From positions 3,565,168-3,629,167 of the forward strand of contig NZ_JAPNKE010000002.1 of the NCBI RefSeq assembly GCF_026626665.1: a stretch of 64,000 nt of DNA, in the 5' to 3' direction. The first letter of the stretch is position 1. Each line of letters starts with the position of its first letter. Shown in pieces: positions 41,740-51,750 of this stretch. This DNA is from Nannocystis pusilla (GTDB taxonomy: Bacteria; Myxococcota_A; Polyangia; Nannocystales; Nannocystaceae). Under the pieces are notes generated by a model. The model saw nothing but the letters and a program-made list of their open reading frames with translations. It was not told the DNA's origin and did no database searches. A program made the position numbers and the translations under genes.

Positions 41740-42810
41740 TCACATCGGCCGTGGGCGGCACACCAGCAGCGTGTGGCTGACCCCGAGGTCGTCGTACTCG
41801 CGCTCGATCTCGAGGCCGGCCGCGTGGACGCACGCGAGGAACGTCGTCGAGCGGTACATCTGGCTGGTGCCGTTGGCGACCGCCGTGAAGTACAGCGACG
41901 TCATCTGCAGGCAGAAGCTGGCGGCCTCGAAGCGCTGGCGGTCCCAGAACGCCTCGAGGATGTAGATCTTGCAATTCGGCCCGGCCGCGGCGACGCAGCG
42001 GCGCAGGATCGACACGATCTCGGCCTCGGAGAAGCAGTCGAGGAACTGGCTCATCCAGATCGCGTCGAAGTCGGTCGGGACCGGCGAGCGCTCGTCGAGC
42101 AGGTCGGCCTCGTGGAAGCGCGCCCGCGCCAGCAGCCCCGCCTCGCGCAGGTTCTGCTCGGCGTTGCGGAGCTGCCCCGGCAGGTCCATCAGCGTCACCT
42201 CGACGTCGGGGTCGTGCCGCATGCACGCCGCCGCCCACTTGCCCGTGTTGCCGCCGATGTCGAGCAGCCGCTTCGGCTTGCCCGCGAACACCAGCGGCAG
42301 CGCCGCGCCGAACGCCCCGTCGGAATAGTAGTGGTCGAACTGGAACCACGACTTTCGCACCGACTCCGGCAATTGCGACAGCCCGGCGTAGACCGTCGGC
42401 CACTCGCCGAACACCTTGAGCCCCTCCGGCTTGCCCGACGCCACCGCCGCGTCGAGCCCCGCGATGCCGTGGTAGTTCACGTCGCGCACGAAGTCGAAGT
42501 TGGCGCGCGTCATCGGATCGTGCTGCACGTACACGCCGGTCTTGGTGATGCGATAGCGGCCATCGACCTCGGTCACGAGCCCGATCCCGAGCCCCGCCTC
42601 GAGCACCACGCGCGTGCCGTAGATCGGCAGCTCCGCCGCCGCCGCGACCTCCTCGAGGGTGAGGCCCTCGCGGCTGCGCTCGATGGCGAGGAGGATCCCG
42701 CGGTCGCGCAGCACGCGGGTGGCCTGGAACACGAACGGGGCGAACGCGATCCACTGCGCACGCTCCAGCGCCTCGAGCGCGGTGATGGGCTTGGGAACGT
42801 TTACGGACAT
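41740..42810 (-). CDS. Class I SAM-dependent O-methyltransferase (dimerisation domain + Methyltransf_2)
   Basis: About 356 aa from MSVNVPKPI…. SAM motif LLDIGGNTGKWAAA. Acidic-loop MDLPG. Typical plant/bacterial OMT C-terminus. Confidence 0.75.
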   Translation of the reverse strand: MSVNVPKPITALEALERAQWIAFAPFVFQATRVLRDRGILLAIERSREGLTLEEVAAAAELPIYGTRVVLEAGLGIGLVTEVDGRYRITKTGVYVQHDPMTRANFDFVRDVNYHGIAGLDAAVASGKPEGLKVFGEWPTVYAGLSQLPESVRKSWFQFDHYYSDGAFGAALPLVFAGKPKRLLDIGGNTGKWAAACMRHDPDVEVTLMDLPGQLRNAEQNLREAGLLARARFHEADLLDERSPVPTDFDAIWMSQFLDCFSEAEIVSILRRCVAAAGPNCKIYILEAFWDRQRFEAASFCLQMTSLYFTAVANGTSQMYRSTTFLACVHAAGLEIEREYDDLGVSHTLLVCRPRPM

Positions 42811-42830
42811 GCCGGGGGCCCGACTGTCGC

Positions 42831-43826
42831 TCACCACGGTCCCGCCGACGAGTGGCAGATGGCCCGGAGCGCGACGCGCGCCTTCGCCCGTCGCCCGGAG
42901 CCAGACCCGCGGCTACGGCCCCCCAGCCGCGCAGCGAGCCCGTCTCTCGCGCCCGCCGGCGGCCCGGACGCCCCCCTCCGCCCGACGCGACCCGGGCGAT
43001 CTCCCTCGCCTCCGCGCGGCTGTCGGATTTGAAACACCGCGTCGCGTTTCTCGACACTCGAGTCACGCGGCGACGCCCTGGTTCGACCTGCGGGAACGCG
43101 CCACCTCGAAGAAGTCGCAGCGTCCCGCACCCACCCTCGATCCCTCGTCGCACCGCTCACAGCGGCGAGCACCGGGAAACGAGCGGCATCAAGTCTCGGC
43201 GCTAGAACTCCGCTGGCGTGCCGCGTGCCCTGACCTTTTTCGAAAGTAATACGCGCGAACTGCCGCGTACTCGGAGATTCCCCTTCGGGAGATTCCAGAA
43301 GTGCAATTCGCCGGTGCAGTTCCTTCGTCGTCGGACTGCTCCGCTCGAACCACGCGCCCAGCGCATCCATGACCGCCCGTCGTGCCCTGACCAGACGAGC
43401 ATCATTGAGACCGAGCGTTTCCATGTCCTCGCCGGCTCGTGCATCGTCCGCGACGACCTCGCCCGACCCTGTGTATCGTAGGAAACGACGCGGATCCGGC
43501 CCCACGCCCCGGGCAGGATGGAGGAACAACGGAGTCTCCTGCTTGGCAACGTCACAGGTAATCCGGTCGGCGCAAGAACCGACGAGGTTGTTCCACTGGA
43601 ATACGCCACCTCCGCGCTCGCGCGGATGCCAGTGATCGATACGCATCTCGCTCTCGGTCGGCTGCACCCGTCGCTGACAGTAGGCGCAGAGCGACCCCTG
43701 ATCGCGCACGAGCGCATCTCGCATCGACTGCTTCTGATCGCCATGGACGCTGTCCCAATCGGCGCCAGGCGTCGTGGTGAGGGTCGTGAGACAGACAGGT
43801 GCAGGTCCTTTGGGCGCAGAGATCAT
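42831..43826 (-). CDS. HNH endonuclease (Septu PtuB-like); C-terminal extent uncertain
   Basis: From MISAPKGP…. HNH core CAYCQRRV…IDHWHPRERGG…WNNLVGSC. The start overlaps the ATPase stop (ATGA). The last about 150 aa of the ORF are GC-rich and low-complexity, so the real stop may be nearer 43200. The 5' part has lower GC. Confidence 0.55.
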   Translation of the reverse strand: MISAPKGPAPVCLTTLTTTPGADWDSVHGDQKQSMRDALVRDQGSLCAYCQRRVQPTESEMRIDHWHPRERGGGVFQWNNLVGSCADRITCDVAKQETPLFLHPARGVGPDPRRFLRYTGSGEVVADDARAGEDMETLGLNDARLVRARRAVMDALGAWFERSSPTTKELHRRIALLESPEGESPSTRQFARITFEKGQGTRHASGVLAPRLDAARFPVLAAVSGATRDRGWVRDAATSSRWRVPAGRTRASPRDSSVEKRDAVFQIRQPRGGEGDRPGRVGRRGASGPPAGARDGLAARLGGRSRGSGSGRRAKARVALRAICHSSAGPW

Positions 43827-45098
43827 ACGCCCCTCTCGAGATCGATCGCCGTCCTCGCGCGGACGATGTCCGGATCGTCCGGCCCGAGTTCTTGCTGCAA
43901 CTTCTGCCAAAGCACTTCAGCCTCGTCGAACGCGCCCCGATCGATCCGGTCGAAGAGCCGGCGAACCTCGTCTCGCGTCTCGACCGGCCGCTCCGGTACG
44001 CCGAACACATCTTCGAGCAGGCTGTTGGAGTCCCGTCCATGCGTGTGCTCGACCCTTCCGATGCGGCCGTCCGGGTGAAGCACGCGGATCCACTCTGGCT
44101 CGGCCGTGGACAACACTTGCGGCGAATGAGTCGTGGCGATGAACTGGATCCTGGGAACACGCGCCGCAGGTTCGGGAGCACGGATCGTTGCCAGCTCGGA
44201 TGCAGGTGGAGATCGAGCTCGTCGATGAGCACGACCCCGGACGTCTCTTTGGCCGCGTTCTCGCCGTGGTGGGGATTGAGCCGCGCCGCCCGCCATGCGA
44301 TGTCGCCAGCGAGGGCCAACAAGTTACGGTAACCGTCCGAGAGGACGCGGAAAGGCAGGGTGCGGCCATCCTTGAAGTCGACCCGCAGCTCTTCGTGATT
44401 GACGGAGTAATAAAAACGCTTCGCGCCCTCCACACAATCGACGATCGCATTCGCCACGACCTCGAGCAGCGGCTCCCGAACCGCAGCCACCGATAGGTTG
44501 GCTTCCACGGCGCGCGAAATTTCCTGCAAGCGCACGGACTCTCGCCAGGACATCCAGCTCTCGAGGAGTTGATACCCCACGGCCGCCTGGAGACAATGGC
44601 GATATCCGTCGAGAACGCTCAGAAGCTTCGTCGTTTCCCGACCTTCGTTTCCGCTCCACAGCCTGCCCGTCCGATAATATGCGATGAGCGGGAGCTCGAT
44701 CTGCTGGCCTCTCCCGGTCGAAGACACGGCCCGCCTCGCGGTGTCAAAGAGGGATCCTTGCGCCCATTCCGCACTATCGGGGGTCACGGCCTCCCGGTGC
44801 AGCCCCGCGCCCGGCCCCTCGATCTGGCCGCGAACGCGGGTCTGGCCCGCGACCTCGGGCTCGGCACGCCGTTGACGACCCGCCGGATCAAGCGCCGGTC
44901 ATCCGCTAAGAGTTTCCCATCGTGCCCGCGATTTTGCGTCGCCATCGTCCAGATCGCAAGCAACGCCGCGATCCCATCCAGCACACTGGTCTTGCCAGAT
45001 CCATTAATCCCCACGAACAGCGTGCACTCCGGGTGGAGCTCGCACTTGAGTGCCTCGAAGCCGCGGAAGTTCGTGAGCTCGATGTCGCGGATCTGCAC
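43823..45098 (-). CDS. AAA_21/AAA_15-type ABC-like ATPase (Septu PtuA-like), about 2 apparent frameshifts
   Basis: N-terminus VQIRDIELTNFRGFEAL…FVGINGSGKTSVLDGIA (Walker A) in ORF 44784..45221. Middle in ORF 43552..44787 (…VVLIDELDLHLHPSWQ, Walker B/D-loop). C-terminus in ORF 43823..44296 (…QFIATTHSPQVL H-loop). GC drops to about 50-60% here versus about 72% in the flanks. Confidence 0.55.
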
Positions 45099-45275
45099 GC
45101 CTCTTCCGTACCACGTCGGCCGCCATGCGGCCAGATACCGCGAGGGTCCCTGCACCCGTCGAGACGAGCATCCCGCCAGCGACGAGCTCGTCCTTGGGGC
45201 TCGGGCGTCGAATGCACTCATGTCTCATCCCGAGAGCCCGCCCGCTCCGCGCGGGCGGCGACTCGTTCCGCCCCG

Positions 45276-46496
45276 TCACACCGGCGGCGCGCAGTGCCTT
45301 ACGATCTGCGCCACCGCCTGCGCGCGCGGCAGCACCTGCTGCTCCTCGCGGATCCGCAGCGTCAGCGCCTCGCTGCTCGCCTCGCGCGCTCCGATCACCG
45401 CCAGCATCGGCACTCCTTGCGCGTGCGCCTCCGCCACGCGGCGGGCCAGCGTCTCGCGGCGGTCGTCGAGCTCGGCCCGGATCCCCGCCGCGCGCAGCTC
45501 GGCCACTGCCGTCTCTGCCGCCGCTTGCTGGGCCGGGGCCACCGGCGCCACCACCACTTGCACGGGCGCCAGCCAGGCCGGCAGCGCGCCCGCGTGGTGC
45601 TCGAGCACGATCGCCAGGAAGCGCTCGAGGCTGCCGTAGATCGCCCGGTGCAGCATCGCCGGGCGGCGGCGCTGACCGGCCTCGTCGATGTAATGCAGCC
45701 CGAAGCGCTCCGGCAGGTTGAAGTCGAGCTGGATCGTCCCGCACTGCCACGAGCGGCCGAGGCGGTCGCGCAGCGAGAACTCGAGCTTCGGCCCGTAGAA
45801 CGCCCCCTCGCCCGGCTGCACCACGCAATCGAGCCCCGCCTCGCGGGCCGCCGCAGCCAGCTCCGCCTCCGCGCGGTCCCACAGCGCATCGTCGCCGACC
45901 CGCTCCGGCGGGCGCGTCGACAGCCCGACCGCGAAGTCATCGAACCCGAAGCCCGCGTAGAACCTGCGGGCGCCCTGGCAGAAGCGCACGATCTCGGCCG
46001 CGATCTGGTCGGGAGCGCAGAACACGTGGCCGTCGTCCTGCGTGAACTGGCGCAGGCGGAACAGCCCGTGCAGCGTCCCGCTCGGCTCGTCGCGGTGGCA
46101 CAGGCCGAACTCGCACAGGCGCAGCGGCAGGTCGCGGTACGACAGCGCGCTGCGCTGGGCGATCTGGATGTGACCCGGGCAGCTCACCGGCTTCAGCGCC
46201 GCGCAGCAGCCCTCGTCGGCGACTGCGAACATTCCCTGACGGAAATGCTGCCAGTGGCCGCTCTTCTCCCAGATCGGCTGTCGCAGCAATTGCGGCGTGC
46301 GGACCTCGTGATAGCCGTCGGCGCTGGCGCGGCGGCGGGCCGCGTCTTCCAGCGCGCGGGCGAGGACCAGGCCGCGGGGGTGCCAGAACACCATCGCCGG
46401 CGCCTCTTCCTGCAAGTGGAACAGGCCGAGGCGCGGGCCGAGGGCGCGGTGGTCGTGGGCGTCGAGGACGGAATGGGGGCTGATGTCGTGGCTCAT
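45276..46496 (-). CDS. Truncated threonyl-tRNA synthetase paralog (catalytic + anticodon-binding domains only; no TGS/editing N-domains)
   Basis: 406 aa from MSHDISPH…. Class II motifs 2 (FRLRQFTQDDGHVFC) and 3 (GTIQLDFNLPERFGL…AMLHRAIYGSLERF). ThrRS zinc ligands (C…H…H). The protein begins right at the catalytic core. Confidence 0.8.
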   Translation of the reverse strand: MSHDISPHSVLDAHDHRALGPRLGLFHLQEEAPAMVFWHPRGLVLARALEDAARRRASADGYHEVRTPQLLRQPIWEKSGHWQHFRQGMFAVADEGCCAALKPVSCPGHIQIAQRSALSYRDLPLRLCEFGLCHRDEPSGTLHGLFRLRQFTQDDGHVFCAPDQIAAEIVRFCQGARRFYAGFGFDDFAVGLSTRPPERVGDDALWDRAEAELAAAAREAGLDCVVQPGEGAFYGPKLEFSLRDRLGRSWQCGTIQLDFNLPERFGLHYIDEAGQRRRPAMLHRAIYGSLERFLAIVLEHHAGALPAWLAPVQVVVAPVAPAQQAAAETAVAELRAAGIRAELDDRRETLARRVAEAHAQGVPMLAVIGAREASSEALTLRIREEQQVLPRAQAVAQIVRHCAPPV

Positions 46497-46814
46497 GGCG
46501 GCGGTCTCCGGGGGTGAAAGGACCGGCCGGACGGAGCGACGCCACCATGCGCGCAAAAGCCCCGCCGGCTCGGGCGGGGCTTCGCAGGGCGTGTGTCTCG
46601 GGCTCTCAGCGCACGCGCACGCGACCGACCCCACCCGGAAGGGTGGTGGTGGTAGTCGCGGTGGTGGCGCGCCGGAGCATCGATTTGGGGATACACGCGG
46701 CCTCTGGAGCGGTCAAGGCGAGCGCTCGTGCGGAAGCTCGTGGGCCCGTCCATCCCACACCTGCGATTGCGATCACCTCCTTTCGCGTGTCGCCGATCAC
46801 CGCGTCGCCCGCGA

Positions 46815-47320
46815 CGACATGTCCCTTCGGACATATTATAATGGGGCCGACCCCGGCGCGCCGCCTGGCGCCCGCGCCGAACCTGTCCCTTCAGCCAGCC
46901 ACCGCTTACCCGGCGAACCTCGTCATGCCGCAGCCGGCCGGGCCGAGCCCAGGCTGTTCGCCGCCGCGTCCCCGCCTCGGCACCCGCGCTCGCTGCCCGC
47001 GCGCGGCCGTCGCCCGCCTCCCGAGCTCGGCCCGTTCGCCGGCGCGTCCCCGCCTCGGCACCCGCGCTCCATGCCCGCTCGCCTCACCCGGCTCGCCGCC
47101 GCAGCCGCCGCGACATGTCTCTTCGGCCAGCCTCGATCGCCCCGCCGGCGATCGCCCTCGCCGACCTCCGCCGCGCACCCCGCCGCTGCAGACCGCCCCG
47201 GACATGTCCCTTCGGTCAGCTCGCCCTCCCCTCGGGCCGCGGCGAGCACGCCGTTCCGGCGGCCACCGGCGCCCGCGCGGGGCAGCGCCGGGTCCTGCCC
47301 GACCTGTCTCTTCGACCAGC
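46815..47320. repeat. Intergenic repeat array (GACATGTCCCTTCGG units) plus internal about 80 bp direct repeat
   Basis: cgacatgtcccttcggacat…gaacctgtcccttcagcc…cgacatgtctcttcggcc…ggacatgtcccttcggtc…cgacctgtctcttcgacc. Direct repeat gcgtccccgcctcggcacccgcgctc at about 46967 and about 47047. Confidence 0.8.
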
Positions 47321-47404
47321 CTGGCACGGAGCGCGAGCGATCGCGCGCCCCGCCTGCGTGCGGGCCCGCTTCCGGCCGTGGCCGCGCTGTCGTATCACTC
47401 CGCC

Positions 47405-48737
47405 ATGCCCACAACAGGCTCCGCGTCGGCGCCTCGCCGCGCGATCGTGATCGGCGCCGGGATCGCCGGCCTCCTCGCCGCCCGCGTGCTCACGCGTCAC
47501 TTCGAGCGCGTCACTCTCCTCGATCGCGACAGCTTGCCGGCCGGGCCCGAGCCGCGCGCCGGCGCGCCGCAGAGCCACCACGTCCACGTCCTGTTGACGC
47601 GCGGCTGGAAGATCTTGAGCGAGCAGTTCCCCGGCCTCGGCGACGCCCTCGCGGCCGCGGGCGCCCACGAGATCGACTGGCTCGACGACGTCGCCTGGCA
47701 CACCCCCTTCGGTCAGGCCCCGCGGGTCCCTCGCCGCTGCGCTCGCGCGCCTGCACCCGCGGCCTGCTCGAGTACCAGGTGCGCACCGCCCTCGTCGCCG
47801 ACGAGCGCGTGCGCATCCACTCCGGCCTCGAGGTCACCGGCTTGCAGGCGGCCGGCGAGCGGATCGTCGGCGTCCAGGTCCACCGCCGCGCCGGCGCCCC
47901 CGAGCTCGCGGCCGACGAGCTGCGCGCCGACCTCGTCGTCGACGCCGGCGGGCGCGCCTCCAAGGCCCCGACCTGGCTGGCCGCGCTCGGCTACCCCGAG
48001 CCGCCCGAGACCATCATCGACGCCCAGCTCGGCTACGCCACCCGCCTCTACGAGCTGCGCGCCCGGCCTGACTGGAAGGTCCTCTACGCCATGGGCAAGC
48101 CGGGCAAGAACCCGCGCGGCGGCGTCGTCTACCCGGTCGAGGGCGGGCGTCACATCGTCACCCTGGTCGGCTACGGCGGCGTGTTCCCGCCGGTCGACGA
48201 GGCCGGCTTCCTCGAGTTCGCCGGCGCGCTCGAGACCCCGCTCTGCGCGAAGTCCTGGTCGACGCCACGCCGTGCTCCGCCATCCACGGCTATCGCAGGA
48301 CCGAGAACCGCCTGCGCCACTACGAGCGCCTGCGCCGCTGGCCCGACGGCTTCGTCGTCCTCGGCGACGCCGCCTGCGCCCTCAACCCCGTCTACGGCCA
48401 GGGCATGAGCGTCGCCGCCGTCGCCGCCACGGTCCTCGACGACGCCCTGCGCGCGCGCCCGCACGAGCCGCTCGGCCTGCGCTTCCAGAAGCGCCTCGCC
48501 GCCGGCAACCTCGCCGCCTTCATGACCGCCAGCAGCGACGACCTGCGCTGGCCGGGCACCACCGGCAAGGTCTCGCCCGGCCTCAAGCTCATGCACCGCT
48601 TCGTCGACCGGATCTTCGCCGCCGCCACCCGCTCGCCCGAGCTCTACCTGCGCCTGATCGAGGTCCTGCACCTGATGCGCCCGAGCCGCGACCTGTTCCA
48701 CCCGAGCGTGCTGCGCCGGGCCCTGCTGGCGCGCTGA
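47405..48737 (+). CDS. FAD-dependent monooxygenase/oxidoreductase (3 apparent frameshifts)
   Basis: N-terminus MPTTGSASAPRRAIVIGAGIAGLLAA (GxGxxG). Middle …DLVVDAGGRASK…. C-terminus …GFVVLGDAACALNPVYGQGMS… spread over three frames. One join is at a C4/C5 run near 48235. Confidence 0.5.
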
Positions 48738-48744
48738 CGGTGAA

Positions 48745-48925
48745 GCATGTCCCCCACGACATGCCCTCATGGGCATGTCTTCGGAGACATGTCACATTCG
48801 ACATGCTCGATAAGACCTATCTCTTCGACCATGTCGGGCAGGAGCTCGGCGCCGGGCGTCGCTCGCGGCGGCCGACGATGCTCCGTCCCTCGCCGCAGGG
48901 ATACTACATGTCTCGAGAGACAGCC
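48745..48925. repeat. Intergenic GACATGTC-core repeat array
   Basis: gcatgtcccccacgacatgccctcatgggcatgtcttcggagacatgtcacattcgacatgctcgataagacctatctcttcgaccatgtcggg…catgtctcgagagacagcc. Confidence 0.8.
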
Positions 48926-48977
48926 GGACGTGCCCTGCCTCTCGACGCGGTCTCGGCCGCCTGCCCCCTACCACCGC

Positions 48978-50072
48978 TCACGGCCGCAGGTCGACCAGCC
49001 ACGGCCAGCCGAGCGCCCCCGGCCGCTGGGTCAGGACCAACGAGCCAGGCGCTTCCGGCAATGTCCCCAAGACCCTGTCCATCGGGACAGACAGGCGCGT
49101 CGACGTGCGACCGACCTCGAGCCCGACCACGTCGACGAGCACCAGCGTCTCGCTGCGGTCGACCAGCTGCACCGGCAGGCGGACGGCGACCTCGGAGCCG
49201 CGGTCGAGCGCCGCGTTGGCCCACAGCGCCAGCTTCATCCCGGCGAACGGCGTCGTCAGCAGGAAGGCCGCCGCGCTGAGCGTGAACCACCGCAGGGAGT
49301 CGGGCGCGCCGCGCAGGATGAGCCCGAGCGGGACCAGCACCACCAGCCACAACAGGCCGCCGAGCCCGAGCGCCCCGAACACCGGCCCCCACGCCAGCAC
49401 CGGCGGCGGGCGCAGCAGCACCGCCAGGCCGAGGGTGACCAGCCACGCGAACGCGATCACGAAGATGTGGCCGACCGCGCGCCGGCTCACCAGCTCGCCG
49501 CGCGTGGGCATGTCCTTCGGGACAGCCATCGCCGTCGCCAGGGCGCGCAGCGACGCGAGCAGCGCCTCCGCGACCGTCGTCTCCGCCAGCTGCGCCGCCG
49601 ACAGCCGCGCGGTCACCCGACCCTCGCCGAGCTGGACCTCGCGAGCCGGCCCGCGCACCAGCGCCACCGCGGCCGCCCGCGCCGCCGGTTCGGCCAGCAC
49701 CCGGGCCACGAGCGCGTCCGGGGCCTCGGACTCGACGTAGACCGCCGCGTCGAACGCCGGGTCGCCGAGCTGCAGCTCGCGGTTGAGGCCGACCGCCTTG
49801 CCGCCGCGGTCGAGCGCGTCCTCGGCCCGCAGCACGATCCGCGGCATCTCGCCGGCGTCGGCGCGCAGCACCGCGAACACCGCCCCGACGCACGCGCCGT
49901 CCTCGAGCTCGGGATAGACATGGACCTCGGGACCTGTCCCGAAGCGCAGGACGAACGGCGCCAGCTCGCTCCGCCCGCCCGCCTCCGCCGCCAGGGTCTC
50001 GCCGCCGAGCCCCTCCGCGAGCCGTGCGAAGTCCATGTCCCGCAGCATGGCCCGCGAAGGCCCGCCCGACAA
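48978..50072 (-). CDS. Hypothetical integral membrane protein
   Basis: 364 aa ORF with 3-4 hydrophobic helices in the C-terminal half (HIFVIAFAWLVTLGLAVLL…LWLVVLVPLGLIL…). No domain recognised. Contains in-frame REP-like cores. Confidence 0.4.
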   Translation of the reverse strand: MSGGPSRAMLRDMDFARLAEGLGGETLAAEAGGRSELAPFVLRFGTGPEVHVYPELEDGACVGAVFAVLRADAGEMPRIVLRAEDALDRGGKAVGLNRELQLGDPAFDAAVYVESEAPDALVARVLAEPAARAAAVALVRGPAREVQLGEGRVTARLSAAQLAETTVAEALLASLRALATAMAVPKDMPTRGELVSRRAVGHIFVIAFAWLVTLGLAVLLRPPPVLAWGPVFGALGLGGLLWLVVLVPLGLILRGAPDSLRWFTLSAAAFLLTTPFAGMKLALWANAALDRGSEVAVRLPVQLVDRSETLVLVDVVGLEVGRTSTRLSVPMDRVLGTLPEAPGSLVLTQRPGALGWPWLVDLRP

Positions 50073-50374
50073 GATCTCCGCCCGCGCCGGGCCGACCCGC
50101 GCGGACGAACCCGCCCGTCATCGCCCGAGAAGGCCGCGACGGAACGGCGTTGCTCGTCGACCCCGCGACAGTTCAAAAACCAGGACCGCGCGGCGCGAGC
50201 GACACCTCGAGAGGCAACCTCCGGACGCAGAGCGCTGGACTTCTCGACTCGCGCGCCCGCCGGGTGCCCGACGCTCCCGCGCGGCACGACGGGCCCACGT
50301 CGCCCCGCTCACCGCATGGGCCGCTCGAACTCGAGCGGCCCCGGGTAGCCGTCGCTCAGGTCGCACCGAGAGAC

Positions 50375-50455
50375 CGCATGTCCCTGGCGCCATGTCCCTG
50401 GCGCCATGCCTCCGAGGGCATGTCTCTCGAGACATGCCCTTTCAGACATTCCCCT
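50375..50455. repeat. Intergenic GACATGTC-core repeat array
   Basis: gcatgtccctggcgccatgtccctggcgccatgcctccgagggcatgtctctcgagacatgccctttcagacattcc. Confidence 0.8.
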
Positions 50456-50457
50456 CG

Positions 50458-51741
50458 CTACAGCCGCGCCTCGACCTCGACCACCTCGGGCGGCGTCGCC
50501 GTCTGCAGGAACTCGAGCGCCGCCGCGTTGCCGCGCAGGTGGTGGTCGAAGAACGCCGCCGCGTAGGCCGCGACGATCGCCCGCGCCTGCAGCGGCTCGA
50601 GGTAGACGAACTCGCTGCCGTCGGTCTGACGCGCGCCCGGGCCGCAGCCGGCGTCGAACTGCTCGGCCAGGCCGCAGATGTCGGTCGGGCCCCAGTGGCC
50701 GGTGTCCTTCATCCGCACCAGGTAGGCCGGCGTGGCCGCGGCGTCGAAGTTGGACTCGATGAGCTGGTTGCCGATCTTGCCGATGCTGTTGTCCTCGGCG
50801 GCGAGCACGAACAGCTGCGGCTCGTCGATCTCCGCCAGCTTGGTGCCGGAGAAGATCGGGTTCTGGACCGGCGCCGCGATCGGCAGCGCCGCCACGATCC
50901 GGTCGTCCTCCTGGGCCAGGCGCCCCGCGGTCGCGGCCCCGTAGCTGTGGCCCATCGCGCCGATCCGGGCCGGATCGATCGCGCCGCGGATGGCCTCGGG
51001 GACCGCCGAGTTGCCGGCGTCGAGCACCGCGTCGAGCACCGCCATCTGGTCGGCCACTCGGACCTGCAGGAACGCCTCGTCGAGCGGCGCCTGCGGCTCA
51101 TCGAACAGGGTGTTGCCGGCGTGGTCGGGCGCGACCACCACGAACCCGTGGCTGGCCAGGTGCTCGGCGATCGTGAACATCGAGAAGCGCACGCACCCGT
51201 GGCAGTGCGAGAACATCACCAGCGGGTACGGCCCCGTGCCCGCCGACGCGGCGTCGCGCGCCGAGCGGGTCTGCTCGCGCACGCCGACCTGCCCGTGCTC
51301 CGACAGCTTGGCCAGCAGCGCCACCATCATGTCGCGCTGCGGGCCTTCCGGCACGAACTCGGCGATCGGATGCCCGGCGTCGGCGGCCGCCTGCGCCGAG
51401 ATGTCGGCCGGATACCACGCCTCCACCAACAGCGTGCGCTCGCCGGCGACCACCGAGAACGTCGCGTTGCCGACCGGCGCCGCCCCGGGCGCGTCGTAGT
51501 CCTCCTCGGAGCCCTGGCCCGTGGTGGTCGCGTCCGGATCCAGCGTGCCACCCTCCGTCGTCCCCGCGCCGGTCGTCGGCGTATCCGTCGCCGCCGACGA
51601 CCCGGGGCCGGGCGGCTCGCCGGTCGTCGACGAGATCGAAGAACCCGAGCCGTCGGTGCCGCCGGCGCTGTCGGGGCCGGAGGTGGCCGCCGCGGTGCTG
51701 CAGGCGGCGAGGAGGAGAGTAAGCGAAGCGAAGCGGCGCAT
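50458..51741 (-). CDS. Secreted lipoprotein alpha/beta hydrolase (PAF-acetylhydrolase/dienelactone-hydrolase-like)
   Basis: 427 aa. Lipobox LLAACS. Thr/Gly-rich linker. GHSYG nucleophile elbow. Confidence 0.65.
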   Translation of the reverse strand: MRRFASLTLLLAACSTAAATSGPDSAGGTDGSGSSISSTTGEPPGPGSSAATDTPTTGAGTTEGGTLDPDATTTGQGSEEDYDAPGAAPVGNATFSVVAGERTLLVEAWYPADISAQAAADAGHPIAEFVPEGPQRDMMVALLAKLSEHGQVGVREQTRSARDAASAGTGPYPLVMFSHCHGCVRFSMFTIAEHLASHGFVVVAPDHAGNTLFDEPQAPLDEAFLQVRVADQMAVLDAVLDAGNSAVPEAIRGAIDPARIGAMGHSYGAATAGRLAQEDDRIVAALPIAAPVQNPIFSGTKLAEIDEPQLFVLAAEDNSIGKIGNQLIESNFDAAATPAYLVRMKDTGHWGPTDICGLAEQFDAGCGPGARQTDGSEFVYLEPLQARAIVAAYAAAFFDHHLRGNAAALEFLQTATPPEVVEVEARL

Positions 51742-51750
51742 GCCGCCGTT

